DNA of 64,000 nt, taken from NCBI RefSeq assembly GCF_036365525.1, contig NC_090409.1, positions 39,194,437 to 39,258,436 on the forward strand. The letters are read 5' to 3'. The position numbers were made by a program, and so were the translations under genes. Below are positions 24,215 to 35,915 of this stretch, piece after piece. The notes below the pieces were generated by a model. The model was not told the DNA's origin, made no database searches, and saw only the letters and a program-made list of their open reading frames with translations. Origin of the DNA: Heterodontus francisci. Taxonomy: Eukaryota. Within the stretch, counting starts at the first letter, position 1; every line of letters begins with the position of its first letter.

Positions 24215-25040
24215 TTTATTTGAGGGTGGGTGCAGAGGGAGCCCCGCACTGCCGGAGGGCGCGGTGCAGAGGGAGCTGTCTGAGAAACGGGGAGGGGTGG
24301 GGGGGGGTGTTCTGGGTGGTCACTATCACATTGCTGTTTGTGGGATCTTGCTGTGCACACACTGACTGCTGCATTTCCTACATTACAACAGTCAATACAC
24401 TTCAGAAAAAGTATATCATTGGCTGGGAAGCATTTTCAGATGCCGGTGGTCGTGAAAAGCACGACAGAAATGCGAGACTTTTTTCTCCAGCCACATCAGC
24501 TCCATCAGTGAGAGCTCGAACCTCCCTCTCTGTTACATCTCCCAGACTTTACCCACTCAGCCCATCTGCTGCTGAAACCCTCATTCCTGCCTTTCTTACC
24601 TCCATACTCAATTATTCCAACCCTCTCTTGGCCTGAATGAGGCACCACATTGAGGATTGAACCTTACAAACGTTTACCTTCACTGTCAAAACTCACACAT
24701 GAAGAATGGATGTTTATGTGGGCTAACAGAAGGCTGCAGGCATCCACGTGTCAGACATGACTCAGTGGGTAACACTCTCACCTCAGTCAGAAGGCACTGC
24801 AGAACTGAGGGAATGCTGCACTGTCAGAGGTACTGTCTTTCAGGTGAGAGGTTAAACTGAGGGCCCTGTCTGCCCTCTGATGTGAAGGATCCCACAACCA
24901 CAAAGCCAGATCCTCCTGGTGTATTTGTCAATGTTTAGAATTTAACCAACACATAAAACAGTTTAGTGCAGACATTTATCACATTGTTATTTGTGGGAAC
25001 TTGCTGTGTGTAAATTGGTGAGAAAGACACTGTATAAATG
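24215..25040 (+). mobile_element. Deu-SINE-type (SacSINE1-like) fragments
   Basis: cattgctgtttgtgggatcttgctgtgc...tcctacattacaacag core shared with 12290-12480, 48170-48600 and 58995-59890. Family name is from recall. Confidence 0.55.
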
Positions 25041-26155
25041 GGAGAAACTGAAACTGGAATTTACCTTTCGGAGATACATTGAACTGTTGGTTGGGGCTCT
25101 CTCCTCATGTTTGACTGTCCCTGTGGCCTCAAGACACACGACTTTTAATGGAATCCATACTTCAGGATAAACTAGATCTTCCTCATTGTTGTGAGTGAGT
25201 TTACTTCAGTACCCAGGACACATTGATCACTCCATTTAGTTGCTGTTGTCCTTGTTTCAGTATCTGAGACTCATTGAATGTCCTCAAGGCTGTGGCCTTT
25301 TCACCTCTATTATAATCCCCACTTGTTATCTCTACCCCGGTGAGCAGAGGTGAGAATTCCAGTCTCTGAATACAGGGTTCACATCCAGCAGGAAACTGGT
25401 ACCCGATGGGAGCAGAGAGTCAACCCACCACCCATTGTATCTACCCAGACCCTCCTGGTAGGGCGTTGTTAGTCAGGATAAGGACCTGTCCATATAAAGA
25501 AAGAGTCTTCCTGATGGAGAACAATCTACTGGGTGTAAAAGCAGTGGAAATAATCAGCTGCCTCATTTTAAAATGATATATTAATTCCTTAGATGTGGGT
25601 GTCACTGGCAAGGCTGGTATTTATTGTCCATCCCGAGACGCCCCTTGTGAAGGTGTTGCTGGGTCTTCTTGAACCGTTTCAGTCCCGTGTGGTGAAGGTG
25701 CTCCCACGGTGCCGTTAGGGAGGGAGATCCAGGATTTTGATCCAGTGACGATGAAGGAACGGCCGATATTTCTCCAAGTTGGGACGGTGTGTCTGAGACT
25801 CGGAGGGGAACATGGAGGCGATGGTGTTCCCATGCTCCTGCTGCCCTTGTCCTTCTAGGGGAGGCTGGAGGTTGTGGGTTTGTGAGGTTTTATTGAAGAA
25901 TGTGGGACTGGGAACAGAAGAGAAAGAAGACTTGTTATCCTCCTCGTCCTGTCACCCTCCTCTAGGAAACCTCAATCCCAGACAATAAATTCATTCATTA
26001 AATAAAAAACACCTTTACAATAAATACAACTTCTTATTCCATTAAACATTTCCCCCAACAATTCCTTCTCGGAGCTTCCTTAATGTGATTTATCCTTCAC
26101 TAAAATAAACTTTCTGAAGTTGGCCATTCACTTTGACCTTTCACCTCCTCACACA
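24960..26155 (+). repeat. About 1.2-kb direct duplication, copy 2
   Basis: Matches 8320-9540, with an 18-bp deletion near 25110. Confidence 0.92.
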
Positions 26156-26179
26156 TATTTAAATTTCAACTGTTTTATC

Positions 26180-26650
26180 TTTGAACGGTTTCTGCTCGGG
26201 GCCGTGGCACCTGAGACAGCCGCCAATCAGGTGCCACAACGCCCTGTCACTCAGGATTCCCCGCCCAACCGACGGGCTGAGAAAACAGCCAGCCAATCAG
26301 GGAAAGGATGTGCGAGCTGCACTTCCGCCAATCGGTGCTTTCCGCAGATATGACGACACTGTAAAGCTGGATTGCTATTGGTCCCTGATGCCATTAGAAA
26401 CCGATAAACAAGGTTACGTGTTCAGCCGCTGATTGGCTGGTGGCTCGCCCAATGGCGGAGGATGAAGAAGGCGGGGGAAAATCAGCCGCCATTTTATGAC
26501 GCAGTCTGATTCACCGCCAAACTGTTAATTCCGGGAATTGTGAAACAAATGTTTGTTTGAGGTGATATTTCGGCGTCGATGTTATCCAGAGGAGATGCGT
26601 TTGCTCAGGATGCAGTGTGATCGGGAACACCGGGATTTTCAGGAGCAGCC
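26180..26650 (+). promoter_or_regulatory. CpG-rich promoter with multiple CCAAT boxes and a YY1-type motif, possible first exon ending gccg|gtaaca
   Basis: ccaatcag twice, ccaatcgg, gattgg, ccaatgg, gccgccatttt; inverted paralog at 46260-46700. Confidence 0.6.
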
Positions 26651-26780
26651 GGTAACAGCAGCTGAGGAACAAATGTCAGAAATGGATGTTTGTCTCCACA
26701 GAGCAGCTGGACATCGCTTTGAATCGTGTGTTTCCCATTGTAAACATATTGGTCACAATGTCCACCCCCAGTCTGTCATT

Positions 26781-29446
26781 AAAATTAAAGCAAATGACTG
26801 CAGATGCTGGAAATATAAAAAAAAAGGCTGGAAATACTCAGCAGGTCTGGCAGCGTCTGTGGAGAGAGAAACAGAGTTAATGTTTCAGCTCAGTGACCCT
26901 TCATCAGAACTGACAAATATTAGAAATGTGAAAGGTTCTCAGCAAGTAAAGTGGGGGTAGGGCAAGAGGTAACAAAGGAGGTCTCGATAGGACAAGGTCA
27001 CAGTGAGTAACTGACCAGAAGGTCATGGAGCAAAGGTAAACAATATGTTAATAGTGTGTTGAAAGACAAAGCATTAGTACAGATAGGGTGTTCATGGCCT
27101 GAAACTGAACAGCCACAAGCAAAACAATAAAAAAGTGGGTAAGCAAACTGAACAAACTAAGATAAAATAAAAACAAACAAAAAAGAACTAAAAATAAAAG
27201 TAAAATGGGGGGCCCGCTATGCTTTGAAGTTATTGAACTCAATGTTCAGTCCGGCAGGCTGCAGCGTGCCTAATCGGTAGATGAGATGCTGTTCCTCGAG
27301 CTTGCGTTGATGTTCACTGGAACACTGCAGCAATCCCAGGGCAGAGATGTGAGCACGAGAGCGGAGGGGGAGGGGAGTGTTGAAATGGCCAGCAACCGGA
27401 CGCTCGGGTACATGCTTTCGGACCAATTCTCCATTGCACTACCACCTCATCACCTATCCACGGCACCTTCCCCTGCAATTGCAGGAGGTGTAATACCTGC
27501 CCATTCAATTCCTCTCTCCTCACTATCCCAGGCCCCAAACACTCCTTTCAGGTGAAGCAGTGATTTACTTGTACTTCTTTCAATGTAGTATTCTGTATTA
27601 GCTGCTCACAATGTGGTCTCCTCTACATTGGGGAGACCAAGCACAGAGTGGGTGACCGCTTGGCTGAACACCTCCAATCAGTCCGCAAGCAGGACCCTGA
27701 GCTTCCGGTTGCTGGCCATTTCAACACTCCCCTTGCGCCCCCCCACCACCCCCGCCCTCATGCTTACATCTGTGTCCTGGGATTGCTGCAGTGTTCCAGT
27801 GAACATCAACGCAAGCTCGAGGAACAGCATCTCATTTCCCAATTAGGCACACTACAGCCTGCCGGACTGAACATTGAATTCAATAATTTCAGAGCATGAC
27901 GGGCCCCCATTTTACTTGTATTTTGTGTTACTTATTTCTTCAATTGTTCTGTTTTATTTTTATCTTAGTTTGTTCAGTTTGCTTACCCACTGTTTTTTTT
28001 CATGTTTGTACTTGCGGCTGTATAGTTTTCAGTTCATTAACACCCTCTCTGTACTAATGCTTTGTCTTTCAACACACCATTAATATACTGTTTGTCTTTG
28101 CTCCATGACCTTCTGGTCAGTTACTCTCTGACCTTGTCCCATCTACACCGCCTTTGTTATCTCTTGCCCCAACCCCACTTTACTTGCTTAAAAAGCTTCA
28201 CATTCCTGTAAGGACTCCATTCCATTCTCCCAGTTTCTCCGTCTCCGACACATCTGCTCTGATGATGCGACCTTCCATGATGGTGCTTCTGTTATGACCT
28301 TTTTCCTAAACCGAGGATTTCCCCCCCACTGTTGTTGACAGGGCCCTCAACCGTGTCCGGCCCATTTCCCGCACCGCTACCCTCACTCCTTCCCCTCCCT
28401 CCCAGATCCGTGATAGGGTTCCCCTTGTCCTCACTTTCCACCCCATCAGCCTCCATATCCAAAGGATCATCCTTCGCCATTTCCGCCACCTCCAGCGTGA
28501 TGCCACTACCAATGGCATCTTCCCCTCCCTTCCCCTGTCAGCATTCTGAAGGGATCGTTCCCTCCGTGACACCCTCGTCCACTCCTCCATTACCCCCACC
28601 ACCTCGTCCCCGTCCCATGGCACCGTCCCCTGCAATCGCAGAGGTGTAATACCTACCCGTTTACCTACTCTGTCCTCACTATCCCAGGCCCCAAACACTC
28701 CTTTCAAGTGAAGCAGCGATTTACTTGTACTTCTTTCAATGTAGTATACTGTATTCACTGCTCACAACGTGGTCTGCTCTGCATTGGGGAGACGAAACGC
28801 AGACTGGGTGACCGCTTTGCGGAATACCTCCACTCAGTCCGCAAGCAGGACCCAGAGCTTCCGGTTGCTTGCCATTTCAACACTCCCCCCTGCTCTCATC
28901 TCTATCCTGGGATTGCTGCAGTGTTCCAGTGAACATCAACGCAAGCTCGAAGAACAGCATCTCATTTTCCGATTAGGCACACGACAGTCTGCCGGACTGA
29001 ACATTAAGTTCAATAACTTCAAAGCATGGCCGGCCCCCCATTTTAATTTTATTTTTAGTTATTTTTACAATTTTTTTTCTTCTGTTTATTTCATTTCATC
29101 GTAGTTTATTCAGTTTGCTTACCCACTGTTGTTTTTTTCATGTTTGTTACTTGCTGCTGTTCAATATTTAATCCGTTAACACCTTATCTGTACTAATGCT
29201 TTGTCTTTCAACACACCATTAACAAATTGTTTGCCTTTGCTCCAAGACCTTTTGGTCAGCTGTGTGGCCTTATCCAATCTACACCTTCTCCTTTGTTACC
29301 TCTTACCCATCCCCACCTCACTTGCTTATAACCTTTGACATTTTGAATATTTGCTAGATCCGAAGAAGGGTCACTGACCAGAAACATTAACTCTGCTTCT
29401 CTTTCCACAGATGCTGCCAGACCTGCTGAGAATTTCTTGTTTTTAT
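26781..29446. mobile_element. Composite Penelope-like insertion (inverted tail plus partial tandem copies) with 14-bp TSD
   Basis: GIY-YIG endonuclease remnants (FTCTSFNVVYCIHCSQRGLLCIGETKRRLGDRFAE); cccagtctgtcatt at 26767-26780 and 29447-29460. Confidence 0.88.
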
Positions 29447-29707
29447 CCCAGTCTGTCATTGTTCTCCCAATGTGAGGTGGAGCTCAGGAGATGAATTCCT
29501 GATATAACTAACACGATTCCCCAGTAATATACACATTACTGATTTCAGTCCCAGACACCCAGACAAATGTTCTTTCCAGGAGACAGCTAACTGCAGTCTG
29601 TATAAATTCACAAGGTTAGCACCATCCAGGAAGATCAATCCTGATATGATCCATATCACCAGCAGCCCCGAGCTCTGCTGAAATGTGAGAGCAGTCACAG
29701 CGTTTAC

Positions 29708-29771
29708 CTGAAACAGCAGCAACAGCATTTAGCAGCAGCAGCAGGAGGAGGAGTTTCTGTAAATTGGGTCC
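29708..29771 (-). CDS. Orphan leader cassette 2, signal-peptide exon GPNLQKLLLLLLLLNAVAAVS (no own V exon)
   Basis: Intact acceptor, gtaaac donor and frame; homology to gene B intron 2 breaks near 29490. Confidence 0.55.
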
Positions 29772-29844
29772 CTGCAACAAGAAAACACAGTTACCCCCCC
29801 TTTACCACAGTTTCTTGCTGTTCATGTCCATTTCTGAGCCGGGA

Positions 29845-30780
29845 CAGGACACAGTCCATGGTCCCTCTCCCCATTACTGACCCCCCTCCCTCCCGGCTCT
29901 GAGACACATTGAGACCGAGAGCAGCCCTGACACAGTCCATGGTCCCTCTCCCCATTACTGACCCTCCTCCCTCCCGGCTCTGAGACACATTGAGACCGGG
30001 AGCAGCCCTGACACAGTCCATGGTCCCTCTCCCCATTACTGACCCCCCTCCCTCCCGGCTCTGAGACACATTGAGACCGGGAGCAGCCCTGACACAGTCC
30101 ATGGTCCCTCTCCCCATTACTGACCCCCCTCCCTCCCGGCTCTGAGACACATTGAGACCGGGAGCAGCCCTGACACAGTCCATGGTCCCACTCCCCATTA
30201 CTGACCCCCCTCCCTCCCGGCTCTGAGACACATTGAGACCGGGAGCAGCCCTGACACAGTCCATGGTCCCACTCCCCATTACTGACCCCCCTCCCTCCCG
30301 GCTCTGAGACACATTGAGACCGGGAGCAGCCCTGACACAGTCCATGGTCCCACTCCCCATTACTGACCCCCCTCCCTCCCGGCTCTGAGACACATTGAGA
30401 CCGGGAGCAGCCCTGACACAGTCCATGGTCCCTCTCCCCATTACTGACCCCCCTCCCTCCCGGCTCTGAGACACATTGAGACCGGGAGCAGCCCTGACAC
30501 AGTCCATGGTCCCACTCCCCATTACTGACCCCCCTCCCTCCCGGCTCTGAGACACATTGAGACCGGGAGCAGCCCTGACACAGTCCATGGTCCCTCTCCC
30601 CATTACTGACCCCCCTCCCTCCCGGCTCTGAGACACATTGAGACCGGGAGCAGCCCTGACACAGTCCATGGTCCCTCTCCCCATTACTGACCCCCCTCCC
30701 TCCCGGCTCTGAGACACATTGAGACCGGGAGCAGCCCTGACACAGTCCATGGTCCCTCTCCCCATTACTGACCCTCCCCC
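29845..30780. repeat. 81-bp VNTR, about 11.5 homogeneous units
   Basis: 27-aa periodic ORFs at 29791-30765. Confidence 0.95.
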
Positions 30781-30802
30781 GGGTGTGAGACACTGACAAT
30801 AC

Positions 30803-30930
30803 CTGCAGCTCCTTTCCCATGAGGAGATGGAGAAGAATCACTTCCTGCTCAGCCGCATGTTCAAGCCGGTCCTGGAGCATGTGACCCAGCGAGGGGCGGG
30901 GCCTGGGATTTCGGGGCGGGGCCAGGCGAT
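30803..30930 (-). promoter_or_regulatory. Leader cassette 2 exon 1 (MGKELQ, 30803-30820) with upstream GC boxes and an Ets-like caggaagtg
   Basis: cag|gtattg donor; two ggggcggggc at about 30892-30923. Confidence 0.55.
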
Positions 30931-31449
30931 AGGAGCGGCCACTATCTGCATCTGGGCCCCTGGTGTGGGGAGAGGCTGTTACTCTGAGGACAGACAGAGG
31001 GAGATCAGTCCCGGTACCTTTCCCCTCTCAGAGGGGATGAAATGAACAGCCGGCAGGGAATCAGCACTTGCTTGTTCTTTGACTCAAATCCCTTCAGACA
31101 GAGGCTGCACCATTATTCCACTCACTCACAAAACCCCCCTTCTCAGTGTGAAAATGGGTCAGTCCAGTCCCCCCGCCGCCATCTGAGTCACGTGACTGCT
31201 GAACCCAATCGGAATTTGACTTCAAATTAGACCGGAAATGATGTAAATTCTCAGACTTTGTCAAAACAGAAACAGAGTTTCACCCTTTCAGCTCCATTCT
31301 CCTCCTCCTGTGCTGTTTCTATTCTATTTTATTCTCTGACTGTTCCTCAGAACTGAATCCACATCTTCCAGGGTGTTTTCTTTCACTGAATTTGAGATCC
31401 AGCTGTGGTTCAGTTGGTAGCTCTCCAGGACTTGGGAACAAAAATCAAG

Positions 31450-32830
31450 GTTAACACAGCAGTGCAGAGAAATTTACAGGCAACACAAAAATTGGCCTGG
31501 TGGTTAATAGTGAGGAGGGAAGCTGGAGACTGCAGGAGGATATTGATGGACTGGTCAGGTGGGCAGAAAAGTTCCAAATGGAATTTAACCCAGAAAAGAG
31601 AGAGGTGATACTTTTTGGGGAAGTCAAACAAGGCAAAGGAATACACAATTAATGGGAAAATGCTGAGAAATGTAGAGTAAGTGAGGGACCTTGGAGTAAA
31701 TGTCCAGAGATCCTGTCGATAACCACCCTTTCAACCTGTCCTGATAAGAAGGCATTTGGAATACTTTCCTTTATTAGCAGAGTATAGAATATAAGCAGGG
31801 AGGTTACACTGGAGCTATATAAAACACTAGTTAGGTTACAACTTGAGTATGGTGTGCAGTTCTGATCACTTCATTACAGAAAATGGATGCAATTGCACTG
31901 GAGAGGGTACAAAGGAGGTTTTTTGAGGATGTTGCCAGGACTGGAAAATTGCAGCCACGAGGAAGAATTGGATAGGCTGGGTTGTTTTCCTTGGAACAGA
32001 GGAGACTGAGGGGAGATTTGATTGAGATGTCAAGGTTGTGAGGGGCCTGGATAAAGTTGATGGGAAGCTCCTTTTACCTCAGTGCAGTGGTCAGTGACTA
32101 GGGGATATAGATTTAAAGTGATTGGTAGAAGGATTAGAGAAGGGAGATGAGGAAACATTTTATCACCCAGAGGGTGGAGGAGGTCTGGAACTCACTGCCT
32201 GAAAGGGTCATAGAGGCAGAAACTCTCAACTCATTCTAACGGTGTCTGGATACGCACCTGAATATTGAGGAGTACATGACATTTAGGAAGGAGAGGAAGC
32301 TAGGTACAGGTGGAGGGGTTGCTCTGTTAATTAATGATGGTATTAGCACTATTGAGAGAGACGACCCAAGTTCTGAAAACCAAGCTATAGAAGCAGTTTG
32401 GGTCGAGATGAGAAATGATAAAGGCAAGAAGTCACTTGTGGGAGTGGTGTCGAGGCCCCCTAACAGTAACCACACAGTAGAACGGGGTATAAAAGAAATA
32501 TGGGAGCATGTCAGAAAGGTACGGCAAAAATCATGGGGAATTTTAATCTACATATAGACTGGAAAAATCAGATGGGCAAAGGCAGCCCAGATAAGGAGTT
32601 CATAGAATGGTTTTGTGATAGTTTCTTAGATCACCACATTCTGGAGTCAGAGAGCAGGACATACTAAACCTCATGTTGTGCAACAAGAGAGGATTAACTC
32701 ATGACCTCGTAGTGAAGGTCCCCTCAGCTGTGATCATAGTACAATTGAATTTTATATTCAGTTTGAGGGAAAGAGTGGGTCCACAACTAGTATGTTAAAG
32801 TTAAACAAGGACAATTGTGAGGACAGGAAT
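31450..32830 (+). mobile_element. CR1 LINE fragments (3' ORF2, then an endonuclease fragment)
   Basis: GGGVALLINDGI, EAVWVEMRN, SRPPNS; C-terminal CR1 motifs. Confidence 0.85.
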
Positions 32831-32834
32831 ACAG

Positions 32835-33530
32835 AAGGTGGAGAGGCTAGCATTCCAGGCTAACTGCTAAGATGGCCAAATACACAAACAGACGTGGTCA
32901 GACCGGATTTGTCACATGACTAACTGGCTGGTGGAGTTTTTTTGAATCTGAACTTGCCACAGAGTTTTAAAACACAAAACTGTTTGCTCCTGGACTGAAA
33001 AGACCTCTCTCCTGTCTGCTCTCATCTCGCTCTCACCGGCTTCGGAAGCCATTGAAGACACACGAACCCCAAGATAGAAAAGTGTCCTATGGTGAACAAG
33101 GTTTAAAAATACCGGGCCCCAACGAAAAGCAAGAATTACCTACAAGTGAGAACTATCTTCAAAAGCGAGCTCGAAGCACCGTAACAAGAAACTCTTCTGA
33201 TATTGCCTTAAAACTCTTTTCTTCTGCTCTTTTCTCTCTCTATTTACATGTGTGTATTGTGTATACATGCTAGTGGGGGGGGGGGGTGTTGGGGGGGGGT
33301 GGTGTGTATCCATATTCGTTAACCAAATTAGAGTTTAAGTTTTAATTAATTTCACTTTTCTTCTTTAAACCTAAGAAAGCCTGTTTGTACTCATTCTTTG
33401 CCTTATAATTGGAAAGCGGTGAACAAGCATTCACCAAGGGGGAGCTCAAAGTACACTGTATAAAATTAAATCCTGTTACAATAAGACCAGGTGAAGGCTG
33501 AGAAAGAACCCGAGACACCTTTCTCACCTG
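32835..33530 (+). mobile_element. Probable solo LTR fragment
   Basis: Non-coding LTR-like insert interrupting CR1; boundaries approximate. Confidence 0.45.
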
Positions 33531-33870
33531 GTTTAGTTTAGTTTTGAGATACAGCACTGAAACAGGCCCTTCGGCCCAACACGTCTGTGCCGACCATCAA
33601 CCACCCATTTATACTAATCCTACACTAATTCCAAATTCCTACCACATCCCTATCTTTCCCTACCACCTACCTATACTAGGGGCTATTGCTAATGGCCAAT
33701 TAACCTATTGGCCATTATAAGTCTTTTGGCATGTGGGAGGAAACCGGAGCACCTGGAGGAAACCCATGCAGACACAGGGAGAACTTGCAAACTCCACACA
33801 GGCAGTACCCAGACTTGAACCTGGATCGCTGGAGCTGTGAGGCTATGGTGCTAACCACTGTGCCACCCTA
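33530..33870 (-). mobile_element. V-SINE (HE1-like)
   Basis: gggaggaaaccggagcacctggaggaaaccc V-core, tRNA-like head and (aaact)n tail. Confidence 0.7.
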
Positions 33871-34900
33871 TGTGGTCATAACACTGGCTAGAAATATGAA
33901 GACAGATAGTAAGAGTTTCTGTAGATATTTTTTAAAAAAGTTAACAAAGATGCTCCACAGATGATGCCAGATCAGAGTATTTCCAGCACTTTTTGTTTTT
34001 AATTTAACAAAGTGAGCGTCAGGGAAAAAAGGAGATGGCAGATGAATTGAACAGGTATTTTGCATCAGTCTTCAACATATAGGATATAAGTAACATCCCA
34101 GAAATAGCTGTAAATCAGGAAATGGAAGGGATGGAGGAACTTGAGAAAATTACCATCACCAGGGATGTAGCACTGAGCAAATTGTTGGAGTTGCGGGCTG
34201 ACAAGTCTCAGGGTCCTGATAGACTTCAACCCAAGGACTCAAAAGTGGCTAGTGAAATAGTTGATGGGTTGGTTTGAATTTTCCAAAATTCCCTAGATTC
34301 AGAGAAGGTTCCATTAGATTGGAAAATAGCAAATGGAACTTCTTTATTGAAAAAGGGAGGGAGCCAGAAAGCAGGAAACTACAGGGCAGTTAGCTTAACA
34401 TTTATCATCGGGAAAATGTTAGATATTATAAAAGACATTACGGCAGGGTACATAGAAAAATTCAAGGTAACCAGAGAGAATCAACATTGTTCTGTAACAG
34501 GGAAATCATGTTGAACCAATTTATTGGGCTTCTTTGAAGTAGTAACATATGCTGTGGATAAAGGGGAACTGGTGGATGTACTGTACGTAGAATTCCAGAA
34601 GGCACTTGATAAGGTCCACATCAAAGGTTATTGTGGAAAATAAAAGCTCATGGCATAGGGAGTTACATATTAGCATGGATAGAAGATTGGCTAGCTAACA
34701 GGAAACAGTAGGCATAAATGGGTCATTTTCTGGTTGATAAGGTGGAACAAGTGGTGTGCCACAGATGTCAGTGCTGGGGCTTCAACTTTTTACAATTTAT
34801 ATAAATGACTTCGATGAAGGAACCAAAAGGTACGGTTGCTAAATTTGCTAACGATACAGAAATAGGTAGGAAAGTAAATTGTGAAGGGGACAATAAGGAG
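33870..34900 (+). mobile_element. CR1 ORF2 RT fragment
   Basis: Degenerate GNYRAVSLT, GKSC.TNL and KFANDT motifs. Confidence 0.85.
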
Positions 34901-35219
34901 GCTGCTCAGGGTCAGAAACAGCAGACTGAGAGAGAAAGGACAGAGCAGAGTCATCTGAACTTCACCGGCCAATCGGGTGAGTCGGCTCTGTCGACCCGCC
35001 CACTGTAAACACCACTGTCCAATTGCCTTCTCCTGATCTCTGATCACCAGCTGCAATCAGCAGTGACGTTTTCGTATTTGTATTTGCGCATGTGCCAAAA
35101 CAGCACCACCTGCCGATCGCGTTCTCAACAATTGCGGTCATTTTTAAAACCGGATCCAGGTTTTAGCGGCAGATTCCCAGTCTCCTGTGTCCGGGAGGAG
35201 ATGATCCAGGATCAGGGCA

Positions 35220-35915
35220 ATGGATGGAAAAACACTGCAGGTACTGTCAGTGTCTCACACCCGGGGGGTCAGTAATGGGGAGCGGGACCATGGACTGTGT
35301 CAGGGCTGCTCCCGGTCTCAATGTGTCTCAGAGCCGGGAGGGAGGGGGGTCAGTAATGGGGAGTGGGACCATGGACTGCGTCAGGGCTGCTCCCGGTCTC
35401 AATGTGTCTCAGAGCCGGGAGGGAGGGGGGTCAGTAATGGGGAGTGGGACCATGGACTGTGTCAGGGCTGCTCCCGGTCTCAATGTGTCTCAGAGCCGGG
35501 AGGGAGGGGGGTCAGTAATGGGGAGAGGGACCATGGACTGTGTCAGGGCTGCTCCCGGTCTCAATGTGTCTCAGAGCCGGGAGGGAGGGGGGTCAGTAAT
35601 GGGGAGTGGGACCATGGACTGCGTCAGGGCTGCTCCCGGTCTCAATGTGTCTCAGAGCCGGGAGGGAGGGGGGTCAGTAATGGGGAGTGGGACCATGGAC
35701 TGTGTCAGGGCTGCTCCCGGTCTCAATGTGTCTCAGAGCCGGGAGGGAGGGGGGTCAGTAATGGGGAGTGGGACCATGGACTGTGTCAGGGCTGCTCCCG
35801 GTCTCAATGTGTCTCAGAGCCGGGAGGGAGGGGAGTCAGTAATGGGGAGTGGGACCATGGACTGTGTCAGGGCTGCTCCCGGTCTCAATGTGTTTCAGAG
35901 CCGGGAGGGAGGGGT
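35220..35915 (+). pseudogene. Orphan leader cassette 3: exon 1 MDGKTLQ (35220-35240) plus about 8 units of the 81-bp VNTR, truncated by CR1
   Basis: Same exon 1 and donor as genes B and C; no exon 2 follows. Confidence 0.7.

Larger units (their letters stand above)
20150..24260 (-). repeat. Arm of second inverted duplication (partner about 59860-63130): 5' halves of genes B and C
   Basis: ORF pairs 22037-22408(-)/61478-61858(+), 22759-23025(-)/60870-61127(+), 20120-20305(-)/62976-63269(+). Confidence 0.93.

Noticed and set aside
29791-30880. 324/352-aa repetitive ORFs (also 35220-35973, 59174-60016, 26-343, 17703-18353) as genes
   Set aside because: By-products of stop-free tandem repeats; open in several frames and strands.
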